The notes under the pieces: generated by a model
Told to the model about the DNA's origin: nothing
The model's input: only the letters and a program-made list of their open reading frames with translations
Databases searched by the model: none
Position numbers and translations under genes: made by a program
Shown here: piece by piece, positions 12,315 to 24,369 of the stretch
How positions within the stretch are numbered: the first letter of the stretch is position 1
Layout of the letters: each line of letters starts with the position of its first letter
DNA from: Paraspadella gotoi
Lineage: Eukaryota; Animalia; Chaetognatha
Reading direction: 5' to 3'
DNA: 64,000 bases
Assembly: GCA_051294375.1 (NCBI GenBank)
Contig: CM119267.1
Location: 491,523-555,522 of the forward strand

Positions 12315-12442
12315 CTTCCCATAAACCGGGATCTGTGTCGCAGCTTAGCTATATGACTTTGACGTGGGAGAAGAGAAAAGGGGAGAGGGAGGTGGCCGAT
12401 GTGCAGTTGGCGCAGAAAATGTGTTTCTCTGTTCAACAATCA
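12315..12442 (+). ncRNA. Candidate H/ACA snoRNA downstream of fibrillarin
   Basis: Hairpin 1 (cttccca...tgggag), H-box-like AGAGAA, hairpin 2 (ggagag..gccga/ttggc..tttctc), then ACA plus 3 nt; judged by eye only. Confidence 0.25.
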
Positions 12443-12634
12443 TTATTTGATTACGATCGTTAATCATTTGTTATTCGTTTTTTCCAGGTATTGTCGATTG
12501 CTTACAATGTAAAATAAAACAGTTCGCGTGCTAAGATTTTTCAATTTATTATATGAAATATGTATGTGTTAAAGAAAAGAATTAGAGGAGGTAACATGAC
12601 AATATTATGAGGATGTTTGAAAGAAAAACGAAAT

Positions 12635-14983
12635 ATGGCGGCGAAATTCAATTCCATGCTCTTGACTCTCGGTCCTCGCGTTGTTAGACTTCGACTAGAA
12701 ACGCAAAAGGGCGCGACGAGCCTCTCCGCCAAATCTTGGACGCTGTTCAGCGAGTGGCGTCTCGACGGCGAAGCACGGACTTCCCTTCCCGTCGCCGAGG
12801 ACGTCCTCCTCTTGGACGCCCGCTCCGTTCGCGGTCCTCACGGCTTAAATCAAATAACGGCGGCGGTGAAAGTCGGCGTCGCCGCCGTCGTTTTCTTCCG
12901 GTTGAATCTCGATTCGTGCGGCGTCGGCGTCGTTTTCCTCGAACGCCTCGAAGAGAAAGTCGACGTAGGCCGACTCGTCGATGGACCGCGACTTTTGGGC
13001 GGCGAAGGCAGAAGCCTGATTCTCGCTGGAGGCGACACGAAAGGATCGTCGATCGTCGTCGCGGAGGAAGCGGCGTCTGGACCCGAGATCTTCGAAGTTC
13101 GTTCATTGTCCGTCGTGGACGCGTTCGTCGTGGCCAGATTCGCCGCCGAGACGATCGTCGACGTCTTCCGTTTCGATCCAGAGTTGACGAGACTGAATCT
13201 TCCTTCCGCCGGTGCCGCCATTCCTCGAACTTTTCGTCGTAGCCTCGTTGCCATGACGACGAAGTCCGCGTCTCTTCGCGGCGACGTCTTTCGCTCTACC
13301 ATTTTTCTTCTCACTTCGAGAGACAGCGTCTTTCGTTTGCAAGACGGCGTCGTCACGGGCCACTTTTCCTCGGCGTCGTTTGGCGTCGAGGATGCGAGAC
13401 TCTTTCGCTTGCTTTGTTTGAGAGACGACGCCGGCGTGGCGTTGCTGTGTCACGCGCGGGACGCGGGGAGGGCGTGGCTGTTAACGGGAGACGATCTCGC
13501 GAAAAGGGATTGTCCCGAGTTGACCAACGTCTTTGAAGGGGTGGGTATTTTAGGAATATGATTTGACTGTTAGCTGCGTTTCGCGGCTATGTTTATCGAA
13601 ACAATAACTATTAAGGTGTTTTAATTCTAGATCAAACCGCCGTCTTCCTTAATTTTCGCCAAAATCAACCTTGGCCACGGAGACAGTCTCGTTGCTATGA
13701 CGACTCGCGGTGACGGGAGCGAGACTTTGACGTCCGTCGATATCGATGGAATGCGACGCCTTGAAGGCGTGACGGATCTCGGCATTGGAGGGGGACCCTC
13801 TGCCGCTGCTGCCGCCGCCGCCTTAAGAGGTTTCGAAAACGTGGTTCGAGAGAGAATCGCCGCCGTCGACGCGGAGCGGCGAAACCTCGACGACAAGATG
13901 GAGATGATTGGAGGAATTTTGAGACATTTGATTGGTTGCGGGATCGAGGGAAGAAGTGTAGGGAAAATAGGAACAATGCCGCTCGTGATTAACAAGAGAG
14001 AGAAGATGGATGAAGGAGTAGATGAGAAAATGGAAAAGGGAATCGCAGTCTCCAAGCCCGATTCTCAATTTCGTCTCGGCAACTGCGTCGTCGTGGCCTT
14101 TGAAGGCGGCGCCGTCTGCGAATCCGATCGCCTCTTGCTCTTGTCCGATGCCCGATCGTCGGCGCGATGTCGAATCGCGAGGTCGCCTGACGAGAGAGGT
14201 CGTCGACCAGGCGCCCTTTGTATCTTCCTTCAGAATCCTGTCTCCTTAGGATCCAATCTCTCGTTGATTCTCTGCGCTGAATCTCATCATCGCCTTCGCT
14301 CCATATTTTTCACCAAATTCGATTGGTGCTCGTTGCCGACAGCTGCGGAGCTGCTCTCCGGCGGCGCATCGCCGACGACGCAGCGCCTCGTCCGTTTCGC
14401 CGAGAGTCGAGCCAAGATCGAAGCTCCCTTAATCCTGATGTCTTCCCGCGTCGACTTGGCGCACCCTCGCCATCTCCTCGTCCACGAAATGGGCTTTGAA
14501 TACGAGGATGAGGCTTCGCGGTTTCGTCGCGACGTCGACGGCGTCATCGTCGACGCCCCCGTTGAGGCGTCATCATCGCGTCGCGAGATCCGCTTGACCG
14601 TTCGATGCGACTCTCTCTCTCGACTCTGTCTCTTCGTGCATCGCCTCTACTCGGCCACGCCCACCGATTGCCTCGTCGTCTCCGAACGTCTCTACGCGCG
14701 GACGATGCGGCGACGGACGGCGATGGAGGCGTTGGATAAGATGCTCGATCTTTCGCGGAGGATGAGGAAGACCTTTCGGGCGAATCTCGAGTCGTCGCTC
14801 GACGACGACGACGACGACATCTCGACGAAGGATTTGATGACTGCGCTGAAAAACCCATCAAAATCTGTTGTTGTTGTTGTTTCCGGCGAATGTTGGAAAA
14901 GGACGAAGTTGAAAATTTCCTCAAACATTAATGTTTATTTCAACTCTTTACATTCGTTGCTTCTCTCGTTGGAATCTGTTTAA
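12635..14983 (+). CDS. Divergent ~750-aa protein, probably FANCB-like; exons 12635-13540, 13631-14983
   Basis: In-frame GT-AG splice. A beta-rich N-terminus with LVDGP, a central coiled coil (ALRGFENVVRERIAAVDAERRNLDDKMEMI) and a following beta-strand region resemble FANCB architecture. Confidence 0.4.
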
Positions 14984-15128
14984 TGTTGTTGTTATTTTAC
15001 AGAGTTTTTGTTCGAAGTTTAAACAAACTTGGAAAGAGGTTTCTTTCTCCTTTTTCTCTCTTCCCCCATTCCCTCTCCCTTTCTCTCTCTTCTCCCCCCC
15101 CCCACTCCCTCTCTCTCTCACCTCAAAA

Positions 15129-18100
15129 ATGGGTCGGCGGAGTTCTGACGAAGAGGATCGACGTCGTCGGCGAAAGAAGCGAAGATCTCGTTCCAACTCT
15201 GAAGACTCGAGCGAATCGTCGGGCGGGAAGTCCAGCGCCTCGAGGAAGAGGGGGAGAAGGAGACGCTCGAGGTCGAGGTCGAGGTGAAGACTCCAGAGGG
15301 TTAATCCAAACATCATTATTCATCAACTTCTCCATTCATTCTTTTCATTATGCATTCATTGTTAGATAACAATTACTGTTTACGATCGGTCGATTCGTAT
15401 TCCTCTATCCTACTTAAGTTTCAAATGTTTATAACTCGTGTAGTACTTCATTGGTTAAGTTTATATGATGTACTATAAGACCTTTAATGTGCAGTGGAGG
15501 TGGTCGAGATAAAAATGGCGGACAAAATGACATGAATAGATTTATTGAAATCAGAAAAACGAATGGAATCGAATTGGCAAAGTGGCATTAATTTTTATAA
15601 GGCGAGAGAGAGAAAAAGAATTCCAAATAAGGTAAAGTTTTTGCGACCGGCGTTTGAACAGAGGGAGCAAATTTTTTCTTAGCTGGGATTGGAATTTTTA
15701 AAGAATTCGACCGGCGATTTTATTTTTAGTCGGATCTGCTTATAATCCACTTTGTCGGTCCGTCGGTCCGCCCCCTCAATCTTGTCGGGCATTAACTTAT
15801 TTCATGTCAGAACATCGAATTATTATAAATTATGTAAAAACAGTCCGTCTGTCTGTCCGTCCGTCCGTTCCACTTTAGCAAAAAACTCGTGATTGGATTG
15901 TTGGATTGGAATGAAATTTTGTGTGTGGGTAGGAAAGTGTGTGATTGAGCTGGATATAAAGTTTCGTTGGAATCGTGTAAGTGGAAATGAGTTTAAATTC
16001 AAAAAGATAGTCATATTTACCTGAAGTATTTTTACTTATATTTACTAATAATTATTATATTTATTAAAAATTGGATTGATAAATTGAATTTAAATTTTGT
16101 GTGTAGGTAGGAAAGTATACAATTAAGCTGGATATAAATTTTTGATGGAATCGTAAGAGTGGAAAAGAGTTTAAATTAGAAAACCAAAAGACACATTTAA
16201 TTGAATTTTTTTTAAATTTCTCATCTCACTGATTGATTGATTGATTGAGTGGATAAAATAATGCCAGTTGATCAAATTACGCCAGTTGAAAAAATTATGC
16301 CAGTTGACCAAATTATGCAAGTTGACCAAATTATGCAAGTCGGTATTGGCGAGGCTACTGGTAATGATTGATAGATCATTTGATTTATAGTTTTTTTCAT
16401 AGATTTGTCTGTTATGTCGTATGATTTGTTATGTTACAATGTGTTATGATCTGTTAAGATCACAAATTCAGAAAAAATTATCGTAGGCAGATCCGACTTT
16501 GTTTGCTCAAACTTGTTTTTTCTTACTAATTATAATAATCAGGATCTCCACTGTGCATTTATAATTTATGTATTATAAATTATGGTGATGAGGGGGGTTT
16601 CCGTCAAAAGGCGAATAAGAACGACGGATCATGACGAGAGTTTATGTCCAACAATGAGTTAAGGGGGGTTAGGGTTAAGGTTGGTTTTAAAAATAAGTAT
16701 TTTTAAGTGGTTTTTCAAAAAACTCCAAAACCCCGGTCGGCGAAAGTAAAACTTTTGCCAATTTGTGCAGTTACGTGATTCAAAATTATGTACTTAGTCA
16801 ATAGTCATTTTAGTTAATACTATACAGACTGATAAGGAATTAGTAAATGCTTTTTGTACATATATTTTATGCCATACAGAACTTCGTTCACGTGATCAGA
16901 AAGTAAATGCGGCATCTTTTGTGTATTAAGTAATAAACCATAAGATGCTTTTCGTGCATATTTTTCACACTTGTGTCTACAATGACCTGATTATCGGGAA
17001 ACGCGTCCATGAAAGAAAGTCACAGCGGCGCAACAGAACTTACCGGTTCTTATTTTTATCCATTTTGTCATTGATTCATTTCTTTGACTTGATTCACTTA
17101 AATCTCATCCCAGTCGACGCGAGGGCGGTAGCCGCAGCGCCAAGCCTCAGCGACGCAGCCGGAGCCGCAGCGGGAGTCGCGAGCGGCGGCGGCGGCGTTC
17201 GACGAGTCGCGATCGAAAGAAGACGCCGCGCGCCTACAGGTCGCGAACGCGGTCGCGGTCGCCGAGGAGGTCGACGAAACGATCGAGACGGTCGCGGTCC
17301 AGGGAAAGGCTCGTCAGGCGCCCCAGGTAGAAATGGATGGATTAAACCGTTTAACACTAACCGTCTCACAGTAACAGTAACCTGGGGGACTATATAATAT
17401 ATATATATATATGTATAACTAAAGAAGAAGAAAATTTGTACTGTCTTTGGACGACAAATTTGTTGTTTGGCTAAAGAGTAAAATTTTTTTCTCTTTTTTA
17501 ATGTTATTATTAGTACTAACGCGCAACGAAAGGATATAAAACTAAGTCGAATTATTTTTTCATTGTATACTTTCTTTCAGTTCGTTGTGTTTGAGATTAG
17601 ACGATAAAAAGTAAATATTGGTTTATTTCCAACAATGTAACGGTAGGATTTTTTCTACCTTACCCTATCCTACCGTTGTTGTAAATAAACCAATATTTAC
17701 TTTTTCTCGTTTAATTTCTTTTATCGTAATATGCAAATGTGACTCGAACTTGATTGTTTTTATTTCCCTCAGCTCTAGCGCCTCTCGTTCCGTCTCCAAA
17801 GAGCGCGTTGAGGCATTCGGCAAACCTCTTCCGCCGAAGCCTAAAGACTCGAGCGACGACGACGAGGAGACTCGACTGGCGAAGGAGCTCGCCAAGAAGA
17901 AGACTCCGGCTGCGGTGTTTGACATCAAGGTCGACGGGGAAGAGTCGCGTCATCGCCAACTCGCTCGTCTCGAGGACGACGGCTTCGCCCCCGCCGCCTT
18001 CAAGAGTTCCCGCGGCGATAAACGACCTAAGCGACGCGGCGAGACCGACGCCGATCCCGTCGTCGTCGTCACCGAGCACGAGGACGCCATCTTCGGCCGG

Positions 18101-18367
18101 AAATCGGCCGACGTCAAACCGGAAACGGCGGAAAAACCCGCGACTTCGGCGACTCCGCTCTCTCGCGCCGAGAAACTCTTCGACGTTAAGTTAGCGGCGG
18201 GTTTGGCCGACGTCGACTTGACCAAACTCGCTGCGCATCCGTCGCTTTACGAGGACCCGGCCATCAAGGACGAGAGATGGAGGAAGAGGTGGAAGGAGAT
18301 GAGGAGGAAGAAGATGAGGGAGATTAGCAAAGGACGTGGGGTGGAGGGGGCGGGGCTCCTCGCCTAA
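15129..18367 (+). CDS. RSRC1: Arginine/serine-rich coiled-coil protein 1 (SRrp53); exons 15129-15283, 17114-17326, 17773-18367
   Basis: Starts MGRRSSDEED, has an RS domain, and a C-terminal LEDDGFAPAAFKSS / HEDAIFG / HPSLY...ERW region. Confidence 0.75.
15728..16515. mobile_element. Non-autonomous Helentron/DINE-like element in RSRC1 intron 1
   Basis: 12-bp inverted repeats agtcggatctgc (15728) and gcagatccgact (16487), GTCY microsatellites, internal ~170-bp and ~20-bp direct repeats, and a short 3' hairpin gtttgctcaaac. Confidence 0.5.
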
Positions 18368-18472
18368 AGTTTGAGGGCAAAAAAAAAAACATTCAAATCT
18401 CATTCGTTGTATTACATTTTTTTTTTTGGTTCCGTTTATCCCAATTTTCTGCTTTAGCCACCGAAGATTAAA

Positions 18473-21378
18473 ATGGAATTAAAAATGGCGCCGGAAACGG
18501 AGACAACGACAACAACGACGACAGAGATTCAATCCGCCCCAAAAGAGAAAAGAAAGAGAAACAAACTGTTTATGTCGCAAGTTGCGCAACAGTTGGAGTT
18601 TTACTTCAGCGACACGAATCTGCACAAGGACAGATTCATGAAGGAGGCCGTGTTGTCGTCGTCGTCGGAGCCTCGAGGAAACCCAGTCGCCATAGAGACG
18701 CTTTTGAGCTTTAATAAACTGAAATCTATGGGCGCGACGTCGAAGGTAAGGTCAGAGAGGGTAAAGGGAACGAGCGGATGATTTAAACTTTATTTCATTG
18801 TTTATTTTTAAAGATTATTAAAGGATCATTGAAGAAATCGAAGATCCTTCGGCTCGGCGACGACGGAGACTCGGTACAACGATCGACTCCGATTCAAGAA
18901 CCGAAAAATGTCGACGAACGGACGGTAAAATGCGGCAGAGTTATCATCGCCATCTATTGAGAATGAGCTTAAAAGTCAAATGATAAGTTGGAACACCATT
19001 TCATATTTCTCTTCCTCCCTCCTTTTCTACGTGGAAAACATCCCCTACCTCTTCCTCTCACGATTTCCTTCGTCAAATCTTCTCTAACATTTCTTATTTC
19101 TCCCCCCTGCCTCTTTGTTCCGACCAGGTCTACGTTGAGAACATCCCCTCCTCTTCCTCTCACGATTCCCTTCGTCAAATCTTCTCTCAACATTTCTTAT
19201 TTCTCCCCCCTGCCTCTTTGTTCCGACCAGGTCTACGTTGAGAAACATCCCCTCCTCTTCCTCTCACGATTCCCTTCGTCAAATCTTCTCTCAACATTTC
19301 TTATTTCTCCCCCTGCCTCTTTGTCCGACCAGGTCTACGTTAGAACATCCCTCCTCTTCCTCTCACGATTCCTTCGTCAAATCTTCTCTCAACATTTCTT
19401 ATTTCTCCCCCCTGCCTCTTTGTCCCGACCAGGTCTACGTGAGAACATCCCCTCCTCTTCCTCTCACGATTCCTTCGTCAAATCTTCTCTCAACATTTCT
19501 TATTTCTCCCCCCTGCCTCTTTGTCCGACCAGGTCTACGTTGAGAACATCCCCTCCTCTTCCTCTCACGATTCCCTTCGTCAAATCTTCTCTAACATTTC
19601 TTATTTCTCCCCCCTGCCTCTTTGTCCGGACCAGGTCTACGTTGAGAACATCCCCTCCTCTTCCTCTCACGATTCCCTTCGTCAAATCTTCTCTCGCTTC
19701 GGTTCCGTCGTCTACGTTTCTCTCCCTCGATTCAAACAAACTCGCGACCTCAAGGGATTCGCCTTTGTCGAGTTCGACGACGAGGAAGGCGCCAGGCGCG
19801 CCGCCACCGGCGTCTTTACCGACGCCGGATCCGGCAAACAGAAGCCAGCGCGTCTGCCCGTCATGAACCGGGCCATGGCGGCTTTGGCCCGGGCGAACCG
19901 GGAAGGGGCGGACGCGGCGGAAGATAAGACGGCGGCATGCGCGTCGTCGAAGAGGCGAAGAACTGCGAGCGAGGGAGAAAAGGAGACTGCGGGGGCCGCA
20001 GCAGCAGCAGCGCCGGCGGGAGAGAATGAGGAGGAAGCGGCAGCGTCTGGGCCGAAGGTTAAAAGGCGCCGAAGAAGAGGGCGCTCCATTTCTCTCTCCG
20101 TCGAAAACGAGGCGCCGAAATCCTCAGAAAATTCTGTGGCGGAAAAGGAGGATTCGGCGTCGAAAATCTGCGCCGACGACGCCGAGAAATGTTTGGCGTC
20201 GAAGCTTAAAAAACTTAAGAGGAAAAAAAGCGCCGCGGAATCGGAGACGGAGGCGCCGGCGCCGGTCGCCGCCAAAAAGGCGCGCAAGGATGGGAGAGTC
20301 AAGAAGGAAGGGAGGAAAACGGAGGAAGATGCGAGGAAGGAGAGAAAAGAGGAAGGGAGGAAAACGGAGGATGATGCGAGGGGAAATATAAAAGAGAAGG
20401 AGAAAAAAGAGGAAGGAGGAAAGGCGAGAGAACGCGAGGGAAAAGTGAAATCTGAAGAATTAGAGGAAAGGAAAGAAACGGAAGAAGGAAAGAAAAAACC
20501 TAAAAATCGACGAAAGAAAATTGATAAAAGGAAAAAAGGAAAATCGAAAAAGGAGGCTCCTTCCGCTCATCGGATGAAGGTCATGCCCAAGAAAGAGTGG
20601 GAGGCGTTGAGGAACGAATACTTGACCCTTCAGCGACAAAGGATGTCCGCTCTCAAACAGAACTTGACCAACGCGCGAACCGACGCCGAAGCCGCTTCCA
20701 AAATGGAAGAGGGCGAGGTTGCAGGGGTGGGGAGGGCGCCGCCGCAGCCGCCGCTGCCAACGAAGGACGCCGTCGCGACGGAACAAATCCCCGGCGTCAT
20801 CGTCAAGGTGGAATCGAAGAGCGAGGATCAGACTTTGCCGCCGAGGAGCATCTTGAAGAATTCCTTCGAGAAGGAGACTTTGTCCAAAGGGGACGAAGCC
20901 GAGGGATTCGTCAAGATCGCCTACATGGACATGGAAGAGGGACGAGTCTCCGGTGAGGAGGGATATGAATTTTGAAAATGAATGGACGAATATTTGCTAT
21001 TATTGATGAAATTAGTACAATCAATGTACAACCAATGTCCAACACCAAAATGGTGGGTTAATGCCTACATCGTTGAGATAATAGCATTGCAAGACTCTCT
21101 CATATGTCATCCTAGGTCACATCCGATGCTGCGATCCCGCCTCCGCCTCCCGTATCCTTTCCCTCGGCCTGGCCGGATACCAACTGTCCCTCGTCACCGG
21201 CGCCGACGAAGACGCCTACTGGGAGAAAGTGCGGCTCTGCAGGGCGGCGCGGAAAGCCGGCGGCGGAAAGAAGGGGAGCAGGGCGAAGAACGGAATGAAG
21301 CGATTGGTGGAGCGGGCCAGCGCGGGAAAGCCCAATAAGGCTGCGGGGCCCACGACTCACGTCCGGTTCGACGACTGA
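18473..21378 (+). CDS. LARP7: La-related protein 7 (7SK/U6-binding)
   Basis: La motif QQLEFYFSDTNLHKDRF, RRM1 TVYVENIP...VYVSLPRFK...KGFAFVEF, MKVMPKKEWEALRNEYLTLQR, xRRM region and a HVRFDD* end. Confidence 0.9.
19025..19695 (+). repeat. ~101-bp tandem repeat (~6.5 units) spanning a LARP7 intron acceptor and exon start
   Basis: gaccag|gtctacg acceptor copies end at 19127, 19230, 19332, 19432, 19532 and 19634. Confidence 0.9.
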
Positions 21379-21596
21379 TCCTGTGGAGAAGCGGCTTGGC
21401 TCTCGAAAGGCTTGGGCAGCGTTTCTCAATAAGGCTTTGGCCAGTAGTGACTTAGCGTCCTGTTGAATTTGCCACGATTTAGAATGTCATAATTTCTCAA
21501 TTTTATCTCTCCCGAGTTTTGATTCTCATTTAAATCGCGTATTTCCTTTATTCATTCATTTAAATTTGTCCACGAATTCCCTCAAGATGCACAACC

Positions 21597-23735
21597 ATGT
21601 CCTCAGACTCTAGAAAAGCCGCCCTCGGACGAATCCTGCACAAAGCGACAAATGAGTTGAGACTCAATTTCGATTCCTCCGACTTTAAAGAAGAAAAAAA
21701 TGAAGACTCTGGCGACGACTACGTTGACGCTATGGACGCTAATCTTGGCCACGCCTCCGCTAACCTTGGCCACGCCTCCGCTCCCGACGGATCCGGCGAC
21801 TCTGATCTCGTCTTCCCCGTCGTCGTTGGCGATCGCGCTGAACTCGTGTCACGATCATCGAATCGCGACGGCGACGTCAACGTCCCCGCGCAAATCCTCC
21901 TCGCGTCTCTGATCGAGCAGCACCTCCGTTCCTACGCCGTTGACGCTGAGAACCGCCAGGCGCTCTACGTCGCCATCGTGGAGAACCTTCACAGCGTCGG
22001 CCTCTTGCCGCGCGTCTTCGCCAATGACTCCTTCGCCTCGCTTCGATATCAGACCAAAGTCGGACTCGATGCTCTCGTCTCCACGGCGCAAATGGCCATC
22101 GTCAATGCTCAACGTCGAGGTGACATTTCAGCCTTGACTCTGCCCCGGCGTCCCGAGGACATCGTCGCGGCGCCGTCGGCCGCAGCACGGTTTCCCTCTC
22201 GTTACAGGGAAGAGTTTGAAGAACTCCGGCGCCTTGGGCGTGGCGGCTTCGGCTCCGTCTTCTCCGCCAGAAATCGCATGGACGATAAAATGTACGCCAT
22301 AAAGCGAGTGGCGCTGAAAAAGCCGGCCAGCGTCGCCCGCTCCCAAAGAATCGTGGGGGAGGTGAAGGTGATGGCCAAACTTTGCCACGAGAATGTCGTC
22401 GCCTATCACGCCGCTTGGATGGATTATGATCACGATCTCGTCGGAAGCGGTGACGACGCCGACGTCGCCTGGGGCGGCGACGATGGCGCCGAGTCCATGG
22501 AAACTACGGAGAATTTCTCAATCTACGAGGCCGAGGAGACGAAAGCGATCTCCTCTTCGCAAATATCTCGATCGCGTGATCTCGCTGTAAAAATAGACGA
22601 GGAGTTTGCTCGACCATCTGGATCTTCTCCCTCTGCTCATAAGTCTAGACGATCGAACGAATCCTTACTCGGCGCTTCCAAAGAAAACTCGAACCACGTC
22701 GGGGGAAAGTTCTGGAAGGCCGACAGTTCCTCCGCTGATGATGACGACGACGAAGGAGGCTGCGACGTCAAAGCCGAATCCAAAGGTTGGCGTTCTGAGG
22801 AATTTGTTGTTGATCGACGTGACAATGACATGAGAATCTCCACTGTAACGGATTATTATCGGCGCAATGGTGTCAGAAGATTGTGGAAAGCTGTGAATGA
22901 AAGCGTTCGCAGCATGCCCCGTCCACAAGTCCGTACCATGCTGTACATTCAGATGGAGCTCTGTGATGATAATCTACATCGCTGGCTGCGCGAACGGCGG
23001 ACTCGAGTGGGAAGAGGAAATTCGCCGGTCATCGATGTGGGTCACAGTATTGATATTCTTAAGCAACTAGCCGCGGGACTGGCTTACCTCCATTCCGAGG
23101 GCGTCATTCACAGAGATTTAAAGCCAAGGAATGTCTTTCTGAACAAAATTGGAGATTCCATCTTGGTTAAAATTGGAGACTTTGGTTTAGCCAAAATGGC
23201 AACCCTTAGACAGGTAAGGATCGCTTCTTTGGAAAGAGACACTGAAGAGACTCGTCATCTCGCCTACACTGCAAACGTTGGAACCACGATCTACGCTGCA
23301 CCGGAGCAGCTCTCTGGTTGCGCCTACGACGAAAAATGCGATCTTTACAGCCTGGGCATCATCGCCATGGAACTCTTTCTCGATTTCGCCACCGAAGCGG
23401 AAAGATTAGACGTCATCAAGCGACTCAGAGACACAGAAGGATGTCTGCCTGAAGAGCTGCGGTCGAATCTTCCTTCTGTCGCTGACCTTATCGCACGACT
23501 CACCCTCCATGACCCTTCGCTCAGACCTTCGAGCGAACAGGTGCTGGTCGCATTCGATTCCTTTGGACTCTGCGAACGGGAAAGGGTCTTTGTCTTGGAG
23601 GAGAAAGTGAGACAACAAACGACGATCATCGATGATTTGAGGAGAGAGAAGACGAGAAACGAAGAGATAATTCGGAGCAAAGACGAAGAGATCCAGAGGC
23701 TGAGTCAGCTTCTTGGAGTAACGACTTTGTTGTAA
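21597..23735 (+). CDS. EIF2AK1: eIF2-alpha kinase HRI, single exon
   Basis: HRI-type N-terminal domain (QILLASLIEQHL...DSFASLR), SRYREEFEEL, GRGGFG, kinase insert, LYIQMELC, HRDLKPRN, DFGLA and a C-terminal coiled coil. Confidence 0.88.
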   Translation: MSSDSRKAALGRILHKATNELRLNFDSSDFKEEKNEDSGDDYVDAMDANLGHASANLGHASAPDGSGDSDLVFPVVVGDRAELVSRSSNRDGDVNVPAQILLASLIEQHLRSYAVDAENRQALYVAIVENLHSVGLLPRVFANDSFASLRYQTKVGLDALVSTAQMAIVNAQRRGDISALTLPRRPEDIVAAPSAAARFPSRYREEFEELRRLGRGGFGSVFSARNRMDDKMYAIKRVALKKPASVARSQRIVGEVKVMAKLCHENVVAYHAAWMDYDHDLVGSGDDADVAWGGDDGAESMETTENFSIYEAEETKAISSSQISRSRDLAVKIDEEFARPSGSSPSAHKSRRSNESLLGASKENSNHVGGKFWKADSSSADDDDDEGGCDVKAESKGWRSEEFVVDRRDNDMRISTVTDYYRRNGVRRLWKAVNESVRSMPRPQVRTMLYIQMELCDDNLHRWLRERRTRVGRGNSPVIDVGHSIDILKQLAAGLAYLHSEGVIHRDLKPRNVFLNKIGDSILVKIGDFGLAKMATLRQVRIASLERDTEETRHLAYTANVGTTIYAAPEQLSGCAYDEKCDLYSLGIIAMELFLDFATEAERLDVIKRLRDTEGCLPEELRSNLPSVADLIARLTLHDPSLRPSSEQVLVAFDSFGLCERERVFVLEEKVRQQTTIIDDLRREKTRNEEIIRSKDEEIQRLSQLLGVTTLL

Positions 23736-24039
23736 AGCTGTCGAGCTGAAGCAGTATTTAAAGTAGAATGATTGTTGTTGTCAAAAAAAGATCTCTCGTT
23801 GTTAAAAAATTGATGAACCTTTTGAAGGCCATGTCATGCTAGTTATTTGTAACAACTTTCAAAGGGAGTGTTATAAAACTTTTTTCTACATTCGTTTATC
23901 TAAGGCCGTGCCTTTTCAATACCTTTTTGAAGCGATGCCTCCATTGCCTCATGTTTCATCATTTTTCATTTATCATCAGTTCTGCTCATCCTTTCTTTCC
24001 ATCTCCCGAATTAAAAAACAAAAACAAATCTCGATCCTG

Positions 24040-24321
24040 ATGACCGACTCCTGGGAATCCTCCTCGCTTTCCTTGACGATCCTCTTCTTCGGCAAAGCTC
24101 GCGAACTCGTCGCCGCTTCCGACGCTCGACTCTCCACTTCTCTCCCCCGGTCGACGACGGTGGACGATCTCTTCCGCGTCATCCTCGAAGCCTTCCCCCG
24201 CCTCGAGTCGATCGCCGACTCCCTCATCCTCGCCCACAACCAAGAGTACAGGGAGGAGGGGGCGTTGTTGCTCTCCCCGGGGGACGAGATCGCCGTCATT
24301 CCTCCCGTCAGCGGAGGTTGA
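24040..24321 (+). CDS. MOCS2A: Molybdopterin synthase sulfur carrier subunit (MoaD/ThiS fold)
   Basis: ILFFGKARELV...LILAHNQEY...GDEIAVIPPVSGG* with C-terminal Gly-Gly. Confidence 0.92.
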   Translation: MTDSWESSSLSLTILFFGKARELVAASDARLSTSLPRSTTVDDLFRVILEAFPRLESIADSLILAHNQEYREEGALLLSPGDEIAVIPPVSGG

Positions 24322-24369
24322 GATTCTATCGCCTCCATATTCCGCCGCATTAAAACTCATTCTCCCGCC

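Noticed and set aside
16660-16690. gggttagggttaagg as interstitial telomere
   Set aside because: Only one or two imperfect units, lying within a repeat element.
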